The notes: generated from the sequence alone by a model not told the origin. Positions 11,155 to 21,798 are shown, numbered from the stretch's first letter. The stretch is 64,000 nt of DNA from Spirochaetia bacterium (GCA_965263295.1 OZ253665.1:1856001-1920000), one strand, 5' to 3'. Translations and numbers: made by a program.

Positions 11155-13959
11155 TTATTGGCTATGCATCGCTTCTGGGGCCGCCGCGCTGGCCCCAGCA
11201 CTACTTTTTTTACGGGCTTTCTTGGGGGCCACAGCTTTAGTTGGCGCGGCGGCTTGCCCAGCACTGGCGGGCAGGGGCTTGGCATTGCGGCATTTAGGGT
11301 ATGCGGTACAAGCCAGGAAGGGACCGCGCCTGCCCATTTTTACAGCCATCTCACTGCCGCACTTTTCGCAGATCTCGCCTGTGATCTTAGGTAAAAAGAC
11401 GATATTACCGTCGGCATCTAGGGGGTGAGTATTCTTACAAGTGGGGTAAGCCGAGCAGGCTAGGAATTTTTGGCCGAAGCGCGAAGTTTTAACGAGCATT
11501 GGCTGCCCGCACTCTTCGCATTCATGGTCAATTTCTGGCAGGTCGGCTTCTCCTTGGGCCCCGTCGATTGATTGGGGAATTGACAGGGTGGTCTTACATT
11601 CGGGGTAGCCAGAACAGGCTAGGAATTTCTGTCCGAAGCGAGAGGTCTTGACGATCATCAGGCGGCCACAGCTTGGACAGTTCACCTCCTCTTGTCCGTC
11701 GGTACTTTCGCCCTCGCCCGGCATGGGACGCAGCCCTTTACATTCGGGATAGCGACTACAACTCAGAAAGGCGCCATTGCGCGAGTAGCGGATCACCATG
11801 GCACTTTGGCAGAGAGGACACTTCTCAGGCCCCGCGTAAGGACGGCCCTTCAGGGTCGCGGCATGCTCTGACGCGTAAACGACTTGCTCGTGGAATTTGC
11901 CATAAAAGCCTTCCATCATCTTGATCCAGTCAATCTGTCCCTGCTCAATCCTGTCCAGATCTTTTTCCATGCCGGCTGTGAATCGCAGATCCATAATTTG
12001 CGGGAAGTTCTTTTCGAGGACTTCTGTCACCGCAATGCCGAGTTCTGTAGCTCGGAAGGAGCGTTGTTCCAGACCTACATAACCGCGCTCGCGGATAGTT
12101 TTGATGATGGGGGCATACGTCGACGGGCGACCAATGCCTTCTTTTTCGAGGGCCTTGACCAGTCCGGCCTCGGTGTAGCGATTGGGCGGTTTGGTAAAGT
12201 GCTGCGAGGGAATAATTTCCTCTTTTTGCAGTCGGCTTCCCGCGGCAATATCGGGTAACATTGGCTCTTCGGTTGGTCCCCCTGATTCTCCTGGTTCCCC
12301 TGAACTCTGCTCCCCACCTTGGACCTGGTTCCCCTGGTCCTTCTGGTCCCCCTGGTTTTCTTGATCTTTGGCTTTACTTTTAAGTTTGCGTGCCCCCGTA
12401 CTGTTGTCGTTCCACAGTCGTGTAAAGCCATCAAAAATCATGATGCGCCCCCGACTTTCAAAGATACCCTCGCCTGCGTAAATGCGAAAGTGGCTTAAAG
12501 CGTAACGCGCGTCGGCCATTTGTGAGGCGACAAAGCGATTCCAAATCATAGTGTAGAGGCGGTGGCTATCTCGTTCCAGGTATGAGCGCACAAAATCGGG
12601 AGTCAGCGCCACGGAGGTGGGACGGATGGCTTCGTGGGCGTCCTGAGCGTTCGTCTGCTTGCCAAAAATACGCGCCTTCGGCTCCAAATAGTGTGGGGAA
12701 AAGTTTGCGGCGATATAGCCGCGCACTTCGTCGATAGCTTCGGGCTCAATGCGAGTTGAGTCCGTTCTCATGTAGGTAATTAGGCCTACGGGCCCGTCGC
12801 TGCCGATTTCGACGCCCTCGTAAAGTTTTTGCGCCAGGCCCATGGTGCGTGAAGGGCCAAAATTGAAAAGGTTGCTGGCGCTTTGTTGCAAGGTGGAGGT
12901 TATAAATGGGGCCGGAGGCTTGCGCCGCGTTTCTTTTTTTTGCACAGCGTCGAGTCGGAACTCGGCGCCTTCTAAGGCCGCTAGGACTTTCTGTACTTCC
13001 TCTTTGCATGACGCCGCCTTGCGGCCGAGGCCAAAGCGCTCGCCCTGCCATTGGCTCAGTTCGGCGTGGAAGCTGGCCCGTTTGCCTTCCAGATCGACAC
13101 CTGCGAGGCTGGCCTGTATCTTCCAGTATTCTTCAGATACAAAGGCGCGGATCTGTTTTTCGCGTTCGACGACTAGCCGTACCGCCACAGATTGTACACG
13201 GCCCGCAGAAAGCCGCATGGCCACTTTCTGCCACAGAAACGGCGAAAGCTCGTAACCGACCAAGCGGTCGAGGATGCGGCGGCCCTGTTGGGCATTCACC
13301 AAGTCCATATCAATGCTGCGCGGTCTGGCAATGGCCTCTAAAACAGCCTTTTTCGTAATGGCGCCGTAGCTTACCCGGTGTAAGGGTTTGTCTTGCACTT
13401 GCAGCACTTCGGCCAGGTGCCAGGCGATGGATTCTCCTTCGCGGTCGGGGTCGGGGGCGAGAAAGACTTCGGAAGCTTTAGCCGCATAAGCCTTCAACTC
13501 TTGTACGGTTTTTTCTTTTCCTGGAATGACTTGGTAGTCTGGGTTAAAGTCGTGTTGGATATCGATACCCAAGCCTTTGCGCGAGTTACCTTTCTGTGGC
13601 AGGTCGCGAACATGGCCGACAGAAGCTTTAATAACAAAGTCTGAACCGAGGAATTTACTCAGAGTGCGGGCTTTGGCCGGGCTCTCTACGATCAACAGCT
13701 TCTTGCCAGAACTTATCTTTGTACGACTACTGGCAGCGGCAGATTTTCTGCTCGTACGTTTCTTCGCCACCACTTGCTTCGTCGGTGCTTTTTTGCCAGT
13801 CGCCTTTGAGGCAGTCTTTGAGGCCGTCTTTGGGGTGGCCTTTTTTTTGGCTTTTTTAGCGGGTTTCTTGTCCGCGATTTTCTTGGCGATTGGGGAGACA
13901 GTCAATTTTTCCCCGGACGTATCTAGTGGTTTTGTTTCGTTTACAACTTCCATAAGCAC
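11155..13959 (-). CDS. topA: DNA topoisomerase I with Lys/Ala-rich N-terminal extension and four C-terminal zinc ribbons
   Basis: LLIVESPAKA, GHVRDL, DPDREGE, SAGRVQS, ITYMRTDS, AQDAHEAIRPT, GIGRPSTYA; CxxC...FLxCSxYPxC repeats. Confidence 0.97.
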   Translation of the reverse strand: MLMEVVNETKPLDTSGEKLTVSPIAKKIADKKPAKKAKKKATPKTASKTASKATGKKAPTKQVVAKKRTSRKSAAASSRTKISSGKKLLIVESPAKARTLSKFLGSDFVIKASVGHVRDLPQKGNSRKGLGIDIQHDFNPDYQVIPGKEKTVQELKAYAAKASEVFLAPDPDREGESIAWHLAEVLQVQDKPLHRVSYGAITKKAVLEAIARPRSIDMDLVNAQQGRRILDRLVGYELSPFLWQKVAMRLSAGRVQSVAVRLVVEREKQIRAFVSEEYWKIQASLAGVDLEGKRASFHAELSQWQGERFGLGRKAASCKEEVQKVLAALEGAEFRLDAVQKKETRRKPPAPFITSTLQQSASNLFNFGPSRTMGLAQKLYEGVEIGSDGPVGLITYMRTDSTRIEPEAIDEVRGYIAANFSPHYLEPKARIFGKQTNAQDAHEAIRPTSVALTPDFVRSYLERDSHRLYTMIWNRFVASQMADARYALSHFRIYAGEGIFESRGRIMIFDGFTRLWNDNSTGARKLKSKAKDQENQGDQKDQGNQVQGGEQSSGEPGESGGPTEEPMLPDIAAGSRLQKEEIIPSQHFTKPPNRYTEAGLVKALEKEGIGRPSTYAPIIKTIRERGYVGLEQRSFRATELGIAVTEVLEKNFPQIMDLRFTAGMEKDLDRIEQGQIDWIKMMEGFYGKFHEQVVYASEHAATLKGRPYAGPEKCPLCQSAMVIRYSRNGAFLSCSRYPECKGLRPMPGEGESTDGQEEVNCPSCGRLMIVKTSRFGQKFLACSGYPECKTTLSIPQSIDGAQGEADLPEIDHECEECGQPMLVKTSRFGQKFLACSAYPTCKNTHPLDADGNIVFLPKITGEICEKCGSEMAVKMGRRGPFLACTAYPKCRNAKPLPASAGQAAAPTKAVAPKKARKKSSAGASAAAPEAMHSQ

Positions 13960-14410
13960 CCTTTTTTATTGGCCATTTCCTTGTTTGCCGGCGGGAGAAT
14001 TCCGGCCGGCAAATTGAAAGTTTCTTGGCTAGCGACTTGTCTTGCGCCATCTTAGCACGCTTGCCGGCGTAGCTCTCAAATCCTTAATTTATCCCAGAAG
14101 GCTGCGCTTTGACAAGGGCCGAGAGTCATGCTTATTGAATATTTGACACTTGAGATCGTCTAGTCTAGGCGCTGGGGATTTTACGAGGCCATGGTTAGAT
14201 GCCTCTATGTATCTACATTAAGTCATTTATTAGTAGTTAAATAACGATGATGAAGGTTCCCGCGCGGTGAAGGCTTGGACTTCCGAGGCAGATGCGTTAC
14301 TATGGTGCGATTTTTCTGAAGTCGAGCTTTGGCTTGCGTCACAGACCGTCTGTTTTGCAAAAAACGAGGCTGCCATCACCACGAGGGCTGCCATCACCAA
14401 ATGGGGAATT

Positions 14411-15358
14411 ATGTGTGAAAAAAATTGTGATGAAGATTATCAGCGCGGCGTAATGGCTCGTTTTGGGGGCAATGTAATCAAGGGCTTATCTATTGGAGCT
14501 GCCAATATTGTGCCAGGGCTCTCGGGTGGGACCATTGCCCTGGTTCTCGGTATTTTTGAACGTTTGGTTCAAAGTATAAGGTCAATCGACAAGACGGCCT
14601 TAAAGCTATTGCTGCACGGTCGTTGGCGTGATTTCGCCCGGCATATTGATTTTGCTTTTGTCTTTGCTGTATTCATTGGGGTATTGCTCGGCAATGTGCT
14701 CCTCGCGAAGCTGCTTGGCTATTTGTTTGCTACTTACCGAGTCTATACTTGGTCTTTTTTCTTTGGTCTGGTATTGGCTTCACTCTACTTTGTGCTCAAA
14801 AGTATCGGGACTTGTTCTTGGGCAACTGTGCTCGCGTTCTTTTGTGGCTGTGGCACGGCTCTCTTCATTACCGCCTTGCCGCCGGCAGAAAGCAATGCGG
14901 CTGTCGGGTACTTGGTATTTTGCGGTATCATTGCTGTCTGCAGTATGATCCTGCCGGGCCTTTCGGGCTCCTACGTTTTGATTTTGCTGGGCAACTACCA
15001 TTTAGTAATGATACAAGGCGTGGGGCAGCTGCGTCTACAAATCCTCGGTCCCTTTCTCGGCGGGGCTCTGTTTGGCGTCCTGCTATTTGCAAGGTTTTTA
15101 GCTTACTTGTTGCAGAATTATCATAGCCAGACCATGGCTCTGCTCTGCGGTTTTATAGCCGGCTCTCTGCGTAGTTTGTGGCCATGGAAGCATGCAATTC
15201 TGCAAAGTTTTGGCGATAAAACAAAAATTGTCGCTTATAGTTACTTTGCCCCTGAACTGAATATGTCTCTGCTGTTTGCCATTATTCTGATTTTGCTGGG
15301 GGGCATACTCATTGTTGCCGCCGAGGCGATGGCCTCGCGCCGTTCAAAGAAGGACTGA
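14411..15358 (+). CDS. DUF368 family membrane protein (undecaprenyl-phosphate recycling flippase family)
   Basis: Two repeats: GAANIVPGLSGGTIALVLG and SMILPGLSGSYVLILLG; WPWK. Start uncertain (ATG 14411 or 14453; the track gives 14267). Confidence 0.88.
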   Translation: MCEKNCDEDYQRGVMARFGGNVIKGLSIGAANIVPGLSGGTIALVLGIFERLVQSIRSIDKTALKLLLHGRWRDFARHIDFAFVFAVFIGVLLGNVLLAKLLGYLFATYRVYTWSFFFGLVLASLYFVLKSIGTCSWATVLAFFCGCGTALFITALPPAESNAAVGYLVFCGIIAVCSMILPGLSGSYVLILLGNYHLVMIQGVGQLRLQILGPFLGGALFGVLLFARFLAYLLQNYHSQTMALLCGFIAGSLRSLWPWKHAILQSFGDKTKIVAYSYFAPELNMSLLFAIILILLGGILIVAAEAMASRRSKKD

Positions 15359-15388
15359 TTCTGGAGCGACTGAGCGTGAAAGTGGCAA

Positions 15389-15422
15389 ATAAAAAAAGGG
15401 AAGGGGAGTGCCCTCCCCCGTT
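15389..15422 (-). terminator. Probable intrinsic terminator of the hydrogenase operon
   Basis: Minus strand reads GGGGAGGG-CACTC-CCCTTCCC followed by T7; lies between convergent genes. Confidence 0.5.
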
Positions 15423-15444
15423 TGTATGCTACTAAACGCAGTGC

Positions 15445-17208
15445 CTACTGGTTTTTGTAGATAGGCATTTCGTGATAGTGGGTGTGCAGCAACTCGTGAG
15501 ATTTTTCGCTCAGTGGGGATCCCAGGAACTCTGCATAAATTTTCTTTATACTGGGATTCTCGAAGGAAAAGCGCACTTTGCTTTGCGCGTCATCCCGGTG
15601 TATGCCGGCAATGCGGCGGGCCACGGTACCTTCTTTTTTGCTGTAGGGCTGGCCGCCGCCGCCGATACAACCGCCAGGACAGGCCATTACTTCGACGAAA
15701 TGGAAGGGTAAATCTTCTGTGGCAAAGCCATTAGCCTTTGCCTGGCGAATTTCTTCTACAATTTTTGAAACATTATTCATGCCGTGTGCAATAGCCACAC
15801 GAATTTTTTTGCCCTCAATTTCGAGCTCACCTTTGCGTATACCGGCCATACCGCGCACGCACTCGACTTCAACTTTCTCCAGTCTCTTGCCGGTGATGAA
15901 ATAGTGGGCCGATCGCAGTGCCGCTTCCATCACGCCACCGGTCGCGCCAAAGATGACTCCAGCTCCCGAGTATTCGCCGATAGGGCTGTCAGACGGACTC
16001 TCAGGCAAGTTGACAAAGTCAATCCCAGCTTGTTTGAGCAGGCGAGCTAGCTCGCGAGTAGTCAAGACTAAGTCCATATCGTATTCGCCGGAAGATCGCA
16101 TATGATCATCGCGGTCAATCTCATACTTTTTGGCGGTGCAGGGCATAATGGCCGCAGATAAGATTTGCTTGGCCTCCAAGCCCTTCTGCTGGGCATAGTA
16201 AGTCTTGGTCATGGCACCTTGCATCATCATCGGCGATTTGGCCGAAGAACAGTGGGGCATCATATCAGAACAGTACTTCTCCATGTAATCGACCCAGGCG
16301 GGACAACAGGTTGTGATCTGTGGCAGAACGGCATCGCTGTGCGCGAGGCGCTGCGCAAATTCATTTGCTTCCTCCATAATGGTCAAATCTGCCGAGAAGC
16401 TGGAATCAAACACGGTATCGACGCCGAGAGCCCGCAGGGCACTGTAAAGTTTGCCCGTCGAGATTTCTCCCGCTTCAAGCCCAAACTCTTCGCCGATAGC
16501 CACGCGGATGGCCGGCGCTATCTGAACCACGACATGCTTGCCGGGGTCGGCGATGGCAGCCATGAACCTCTCGGTGTGATCCATTTCATAGATGGCTCCG
16601 ACAGGACAGTGGGCCGCGCATTGACCACATTTGATACAAGGACTTTCGGCCAGAGTCGCGCCGGCTGCCGGTTGAATAATCGTATTGATACCTCGATTGA
16701 GAAACTCAAGGGCCCAAACGTTCTGCACTTGTTGGCAGACTTCGACACAGCGACCGCACTGTATACACTTGTAAGGATCCAGAACTATAGCCTGTGTCGT
16801 CTCATCGGCCGGAAGATTCTTGATTTCACGCTGATAGGGAACCTTGCGAATGCCAAACTCGGCAGTCAGCGTCTGCAACTCGCAGCTGGTATTGCGCACA
16901 CAGCCCAGACAATCGTTGGGGTGGTTCGCCAAAATCATCTTTAGCACGGTCTGACGACTGTCGTAAAGCTCCTGGTCGTGAGTCAGGTAATTGAGACCAG
17001 CGACAACTTTTGTGGTACAAGAACGCACCAGTTTTGGCGAGCCTGCGACTTTGACGACGCAGAGACCACAGGCTGACCAGCTGGGCAGGTCCGGGTGGGC
17101 GCAAAGCGTGGGAATTTGGATTTGTACCGCCTTGGCGGCCTTCAGGATCGTATAATCTTCAGGGACTTCGACGCTCTTACCGTTGATTTGTACGTTTATG
17201 TTTGCCAT
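15445..17208 (-). CDS. hydA: [FeFe]-hydrogenase catalytic subunit (HydA/HndD type)
   Basis: H-cluster motifs TTCCPAW, MPCTAKKYE, EVMACPGGCIGGGGQP; N-terminal 2Fe-2S, His-ligated 4Fe-4S and 2x4Fe-4S motifs. Confidence 0.95.
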   Translation of the reverse strand: MANINVQINGKSVEVPEDYTILKAAKAVQIQIPTLCAHPDLPSWSACGLCVVKVAGSPKLVRSCTTKVVAGLNYLTHDQELYDSRQTVLKMILANHPNDCLGCVRNTSCELQTLTAEFGIRKVPYQREIKNLPADETTQAIVLDPYKCIQCGRCVEVCQQVQNVWALEFLNRGINTIIQPAAGATLAESPCIKCGQCAAHCPVGAIYEMDHTERFMAAIADPGKHVVVQIAPAIRVAIGEEFGLEAGEISTGKLYSALRALGVDTVFDSSFSADLTIMEEANEFAQRLAHSDAVLPQITTCCPAWVDYMEKYCSDMMPHCSSAKSPMMMQGAMTKTYYAQQKGLEAKQILSAAIMPCTAKKYEIDRDDHMRSSGEYDMDLVLTTRELARLLKQAGIDFVNLPESPSDSPIGEYSGAGVIFGATGGVMEAALRSAHYFITGKRLEKVEVECVRGMAGIRKGELEIEGKKIRVAIAHGMNNVSKIVEEIRQAKANGFATEDLPFHFVEVMACPGGCIGGGGQPYSKKEGTVARRIAGIHRDDAQSKVRFSFENPSIKKIYAEFLGSPLSEKSHELLHTHYHEMPIYKNQ

Positions 17209-17226
17209 AGAATCTTCACTCCTTTC

Positions 17227-19047
17227 TTAGGCGATTTCCACGGCCTTGACCTTGGGAGGACAGACCTCGTAGCAGACACCACACTTGATACATGCCTGGG
17301 GATCAATTTGGTGCGGCGATTTCTTCTCCCCACTAATGCAGTCGACCGGGCATTTTCTGGCACAAATGCCGCAGCCGATACATTTTTCTGGGTTGATGAC
17401 GTACTTGATTAAGTCCTTGCACTTGCCGGCGCGACAACGACCGTCGCGAATATGCTCGATTAACTCGTCTTCAAAGTATTCCAGCATGGAAAGTACGGGG
17501 TTGGGAGCCGTCTGCCCCAGGCCGCAGAGTGAAGCCTTGCGCAACGACCTACCGATTTCTCGGATGTGTTGTACCTGTTCCATGTTACTTCGTCCCTTTG
17601 ATATGCGATCCAATATGCCGTAGAGTTTTTTCGTGCCGATGCGACAAGGGGAACATTTGCCACAAGATTCGTCGACACAAAAATCCATATAGAATTTACA
17701 GACGTCGACTACGCAATCCTGGTCATCCAGTACGATCATGCCCCCAGAGCCCATCATTGAGCCAATGGAGGTCAGGGTGTCAAAATCGATCGGAGTGTCG
17801 AGAAATTGGGCCGGGATCATGCCTCCAGAGGGGCCACCGGTTTGGACCGCCTTGAATTCGCGCCCGTTGGGGATGCCCCCGCCGATATCGAAAACAATCT
17901 CGCGTAAAGTTGTTCCCATCGGTACTTCAACTAAACCGGAGTTCTTAATTTTGCCGGTCAAGGCAAAGACCTTGGTCCCTTTGGAACCTTCGGTCCCAAT
18001 ACGAGAAAACCAGTCCCCACCTTTAGTCATAATAATGGGGATATTGGCAAAAGTTTCGACGTTGTTGATGACCGAAGGCATGCCGAAGAGACCCTTTATC
18101 GCAGGAAACGGCGGCTTGGGCCGAGGCGTCCCGCGCTGACCTTCGACAGAAGCCAGGAGGGCGGTCTCCTCGCCACAGACGAAGGCTCCAGCTCCATAGC
18201 GCAGTTCAATGTCAAAATCGAAGCCAGACCCCAATATGTCTTGTCCTAAAAGACCGTATTCGCGCGCCTGTTTCATGGCAACTTCCAAACGCTCGATAGC
18301 CAGCGGGTACTCGGCGCGAATATAAATATAGCCTTCATGGGCCCCAACAGCGATACCGGCAATAGTCATGGCCTCCAGTATTGAATGTGGGTCGCCTTCT
18401 AAAGTTGCGCGATCCATGTAGGCGCCGGGGTCACCCTCGTCGGCGTTACAGACAATGCACTTGCGCTCGGCATCAACTTTTCTAGTGAAATCCCATTTCA
18501 TCCAGGTGGGGAAGCCGGCCCCACCTCGTCCACGCAGGCCGGAAGTTTTAATTTCGGCGATGATGTCGTGCGGTTTTAATGTGAACAGAGAGCGTTCCAG
18601 GGCTACGTAACCATCGCGGGCGATATACTCATCAATGTTTTCCGGATTGATGAAGCCACAGTTGCGCAAGGCCACGCGGTATTGTTTTTGGTAAAAATCA
18701 ATATTTTCGATATCGCAGGCTCCGCCCTTATTGCCTGATTTTTCTGGATTGTATTGCAAACGCTCGACGATGCGACCTTTGACAATGGTTTCAGCGATGA
18801 TATTCTTGGCGTCTTCAGGTTTGACTTGCACATAGAAAGCCTGCTCAGGCAGGATTTTGACAATGGGCCCTTGTTCACAAAAGCCGAAACAACCGGTCTT
18901 GACGACCTGAATATCGAGATCCACGCCGTGGGCTTTCGCTTCGCTGAGCAGCTTCTGGTGAATCTCTTCTGCTTTGATCGACTCGCAGGCCGTGCCGCCA
19001 CAGCAAAGGATGTAACTCTTTATAGCCATATAACTTTTCTCCCTCAT
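17227..19047 (-). CDS. NADH/FMN-binding diaphorase subunit (HydB/HndC, NuoF-like)
   Basis: GLRGRGGAGFP, CNADEGDPGA, GAGAFVCGEETAL, ESCGKCSPCRIG, C-terminal 2x4Fe-4S. Confidence 0.95.
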   Translation of the reverse strand: MREKSYMAIKSYILCCGGTACESIKAEEIHQKLLSEAKAHGVDLDIQVVKTGCFGFCEQGPIVKILPEQAFYVQVKPEDAKNIIAETIVKGRIVERLQYNPEKSGNKGGACDIENIDFYQKQYRVALRNCGFINPENIDEYIARDGYVALERSLFTLKPHDIIAEIKTSGLRGRGGAGFPTWMKWDFTRKVDAERKCIVCNADEGDPGAYMDRATLEGDPHSILEAMTIAGIAVGAHEGYIYIRAEYPLAIERLEVAMKQAREYGLLGQDILGSGFDFDIELRYGAGAFVCGEETALLASVEGQRGTPRPKPPFPAIKGLFGMPSVINNVETFANIPIIMTKGGDWFSRIGTEGSKGTKVFALTGKIKNSGLVEVPMGTTLREIVFDIGGGIPNGREFKAVQTGGPSGGMIPAQFLDTPIDFDTLTSIGSMMGSGGMIVLDDQDCVVDVCKFYMDFCVDESCGKCSPCRIGTKKLYGILDRISKGRSNMEQVQHIREIGRSLRKASLCGLGQTAPNPVLSMLEYFEDELIEHIRDGRCRAGKCKDLIKYVINPEKCIGCGICARKCPVDCISGEKKSPHQIDPQACIKCGVCYEVCPPKVKAVEIA

Positions 19048-19050
19048 TCC

Positions 19051-19449
19051 CTAGGTGTTTGCGGCCAGAATATCTCCGGCGGGGCGGTCGAGAATATGGC
19101 CGTCTACCAGCTTTTTGTTTATAATATGGCTGCTGACAATTTCTTCAGCCAATTGGGCATCGACATTGCCGTAAATGGTGTGAGGTACTTGCGGAACCCG
19201 GATTTCAACCGTGGGTTCTTTATAGCAAAGGCCCATGCAGCCCGTCTGCTTGACGGTTACATTGGTCAGATTGTGCTTCTTGATGGAATCGAGGAAGCCG
19301 TCCAGGGTCTGCTTGGCACCCGCGGCGATCCCGCAGGTGCCCATTCCAACTATAACTTGGACTTCCTTGCCCTCCACCTCTCTGCGTTGCATTTCGTGCT
19401 TGGTGTTGTCACGCATTTGGCGCAATTGCTCCAGTGTCATCTTTGCCAT
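19051..19449 (-). CDS. Thioredoxin-like (2Fe-2S) ferredoxin subunit (HndB/HydD-like)
   Basis: VGMGTCGIAAGA and TGCMGLCYKEP motifs. Confidence 0.9.
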   Translation of the reverse strand: MAKMTLEQLRQMRDNTKHEMQRREVEGKEVQVIVGMGTCGIAAGAKQTLDGFLDSIKKHNLTNVTVKQTGCMGLCYKEPTVEIRVPQVPHTIYGNVDAQLAEEIVSSHIINKKLVDGHILDRPAGDILAANT

Positions 19450-19495
19450 TGCCAGTCTCCTTTCTTTTTTTTAATTTTAAGTCAATAAAATTTTG

Positions 19496-20050
19496 TCAGG
19501 CTGCTTCCTGCGAGCGCAGATAGTCGCGCAGTAGTAGCATGTTCTGTGAATCGCCCAGATCGCCCAGTAGCGCCCGCAGCTTACTGCGCTCCAGGCGGTA
19601 ACCTTGCGCTTGCGACACAGCGGCAAAACTCTTGTCTATGATCAGTTCATAATCCCCAGAGAAACACATGGCTTGCAAAAACATCGCGCTCCAATCCCCT
19701 TCGGGTGGGGTGTCGATATTACCCTGGTCAAAACAGGCCATCAGCTCCGTGCCGTGCTCTGTTTCCCCCGTTTTTGAGTTTATGGTAAAACTGCCGCCGG
19801 CAACTTGGGCCGTTTGTATGACAAACGGCAGACCCAAGCCAAATTTGCGCCGGGGATGTTTTTGCCCATCGCTGTAAAATGCGTCTCCGGCTTGAGCCAG
19901 CTCTTCAGGCGTCATGCCACAACCATTGTCACACAGGCGGAAGCAAAGCATTTTTTGTCGTCGCCAAAGCTTGAGCTCAATGCGCTCGGCTACCGCTTCC
20001 ACCGAGTTTTGCAGTAGATCCAAAATCATGTCAGATAAGCAATAATGCAT
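19496..20050 (-). CDS. GHKL/HATPase_c ATP-binding protein associated with hydrogenase operons
   Basis: DLLQNSVEA (N box), DNGCGM (G1), GLGLP (G2), GT motif; sits between the NuoE-like and HndB-like genes. Confidence 0.85.
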   Translation of the reverse strand: MHYCLSDMILDLLQNSVEAVAERIELKLWRRQKMLCFRLCDNGCGMTPEELAQAGDAFYSDGQKHPRRKFGLGLPFVIQTAQVAGGSFTINSKTGETEHGTELMACFDQGNIDTPPEGDWSAMFLQAMCFSGDYELIIDKSFAAVSQAQGYRLERSKLRALLGDLGDSQNMLLLRDYLRSQEAA

Positions 20051-20071
20051 GGGCGTGTCCCCGTGGTAGTT

Positions 20072-20596
20072 CTACCGAGAAGATTTTAAAACTTTGCGCA
20101 AAGAATCTTTAGACAGCTTGCCGTGTACTTCCGTGCCAATAGTCAGCACCGGGGCCAGACCGCAGCAGCCAATGCAGCGTACGGCTTCGTAGGAAAACTT
20201 GCCGTCGGGTGTCGCCTTACCTTCGGGAACATTCAATTCGTCTGCCAGAGTCTTGAGTAGTTTGTCTGCGCCCTTGAGGTAACAGGCTGTGCCCATACAA
20301 ACCTGGACATGTCGTTCGCCAGGCTTTTCTGTCTTGAAAAAATTGTAGAACGAGATCACTCCATAAATCTTGGCCAAAGGCGTATTCAAAGCTTCGCTAA
20401 GGTAATTGATATAAGCCTTGGGAAGATAGCCGAATTCCTTTTGAACGCGGTGCAGTACCATAATCAGGTTGCCTGCCTTGGGTTGCCATTCTCGGATAAA
20501 GTCTGCCAGTTCCCGGCTGATTGCCGGAGCTTCACTTGATAGAGTATTCGCCACGTATGTCCTCTCATTTCGCGCCAGCCTGAAATAGCCAGTCAC
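20072..20596 (-). CDS. NuoE-like 2Fe-2S subunit (HydC/HndA)
   Basis: GYLP, VISFYNFF, VCMGTACYLKG, CIGCCGLAPV. Start may be slightly downstream. Confidence 0.93.
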   Translation of the reverse strand: MTGYFRLARNERTYVANTLSSEAPAISRELADFIREWQPKAGNLIMVLHRVQKEFGYLPKAYINYLSEALNTPLAKIYGVISFYNFFKTEKPGERHVQVCMGTACYLKGADKLLKTLADELNVPEGKATPDGKFSYEAVRCIGCCGLAPVLTIGTEVHGKLSKDSLRKVLKSSR

Positions 20597-20665
20597 AAGC
20601 TAGAAATTTTTTGCAGACAACTCATAGACAGCCCTTCGTTTCTGCCAATCTCTGCCTGTAAAACT

Positions 20666-20835
20666 ATATTACATCTTTATATTCTGTTTGTCAATGAATT
20701 TTTAGTTTTAAATGCTTATTATCAAAGTATTCTAGTGATTTTGATTATCGTTTTATTTGGCGTCGATATTGATAAAAATTAAAAATAGATTAAGATAAAT
20801 ATGATATTTGACAATAGTCTGTATTGATCTAAATT
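20666..20835. promoter_or_regulatory. Divergent sigma70-like promoters between the hydrogenase operon and the regulatory cluster
   Basis: Minus strand TTGACA (20694-20689)-17 nt-TAATAT; plus strand TTGACA (20808)-16 nt-TAAATT; AT-rich spacer. Confidence 0.5.
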
Positions 20836-20844
20836 AGAGAGAAT

Positions 20845-21798
20845 ATGGCACATTTTTTATTAAATACGGATCTTCCGCCTGCAAGTATTATGGAAATGAT
20901 ATTTCGTTTAAAAGTTAAAGATGTAATGACTGCAGATATCTATGTCGTGCAAAAAAGTCATAAAATGGCCCGTGTCCGCCAGGTAATGAAGGGGCGGGGT
21001 GTCACGGGTTTGCCTGTTGTAGAAAATTTAAAAAATATGCGCTTGATGGGAATTGTCAGCATTAGTGACTTGCTGGATGCGATGGGTGCAGGCGATATCG
21101 AAAAGTCTGTCGAAAATTATATGACTAAAAACGTGGTTGCTTTGGAAGAAGATATGCCTCTGTCTTTTGCAATTAATTATATAGATAAATATAATTTTGG
21201 CCGTTTTCCGGTTTTGAACAAGATGAGGCGACTGGTGGGCATCGTGACCAATCGGGATATCGTCAACCACTTGCTGGGCGAAATGAACCGGGAAATGGCG
21301 CAGTTGGAGAAAATGCTGCCGCCGGAAAATACCTGGAATGATAGCGAAAATATTCAACTGGATTTTGTCTGCCACCGGTATGACTTTGAAAATGCCGGCA
21401 AGGCCTCGGCCAAGATCAAGCAGGTGTTAAAGAAGCGCGGCGTGTCACGTCCCATTATTCGCCGGGTGGCGATAGCTTCTTACGAGCTAGAAATCAACCT
21501 GGTGATTCATTCTCTGGGCGGCCAATTGCAGTTCTTCGTGCGTCCGCACGAGGTGGAAATTGTGGCCAGTGACGAGGGGCCGGGCATCGCCTGTATCAAT
21601 TCGGCCCTGACGGAGGGCTATTCCACTGCCGGCGACTGGATTCGCTCGTTAGGGTTTGGAGCCGGTATGGGCCTGCCGAATGTCAAGCGGGTTTCAGATG
21701 ATTTTGCCTTTGAATCCCGTTGTGAAGAGGGCAAAGCAGGCACGGTAGTGCGCGTGAAGATTTCCACATTGGAAGATGCCAATGGAGGTGCGGGATGA
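20845..21798 (+). CDS. CBS-pair protein fused to RsbT-like Ser/Thr kinase (HATPase) domain
   Basis: VKDVMT...GLPVV...FGRFPV CBS pair; YELEINLVIH, DEGPGI, GFGAGMGLPN. Confidence 0.88.
   Translation: MAHFLLNTDLPPASIMEMIFRLKVKDVMTADIYVVQKSHKMARVRQVMKGRGVTGLPVVENLKNMRLMGIVSISDLLDAMGAGDIEKSVENYMTKNVVALEEDMPLSFAINYIDKYNFGRFPVLNKMRRLVGIVTNRDIVNHLLGEMNREMAQLEKMLPPENTWNDSENIQLDFVCHRYDFENAGKASAKIKQVLKKRGVSRPIIRRVAIASYELEINLVIHSLGGQLQFFVRPHEVEIVASDEGPGIACINSALTEGYSTAGDWIRSLGFGAGMGLPNVKRVSDDFAFESRCEEGKAGTVVRVKISTLEDANGGAG

Noticed and set aside
14367..14400. Short duplication GGCTGCCATCACCA x2 (and ACAACGCG x2 near 3646)
   Set aside because: Isolated two-copy micro-duplications with no supporting context.
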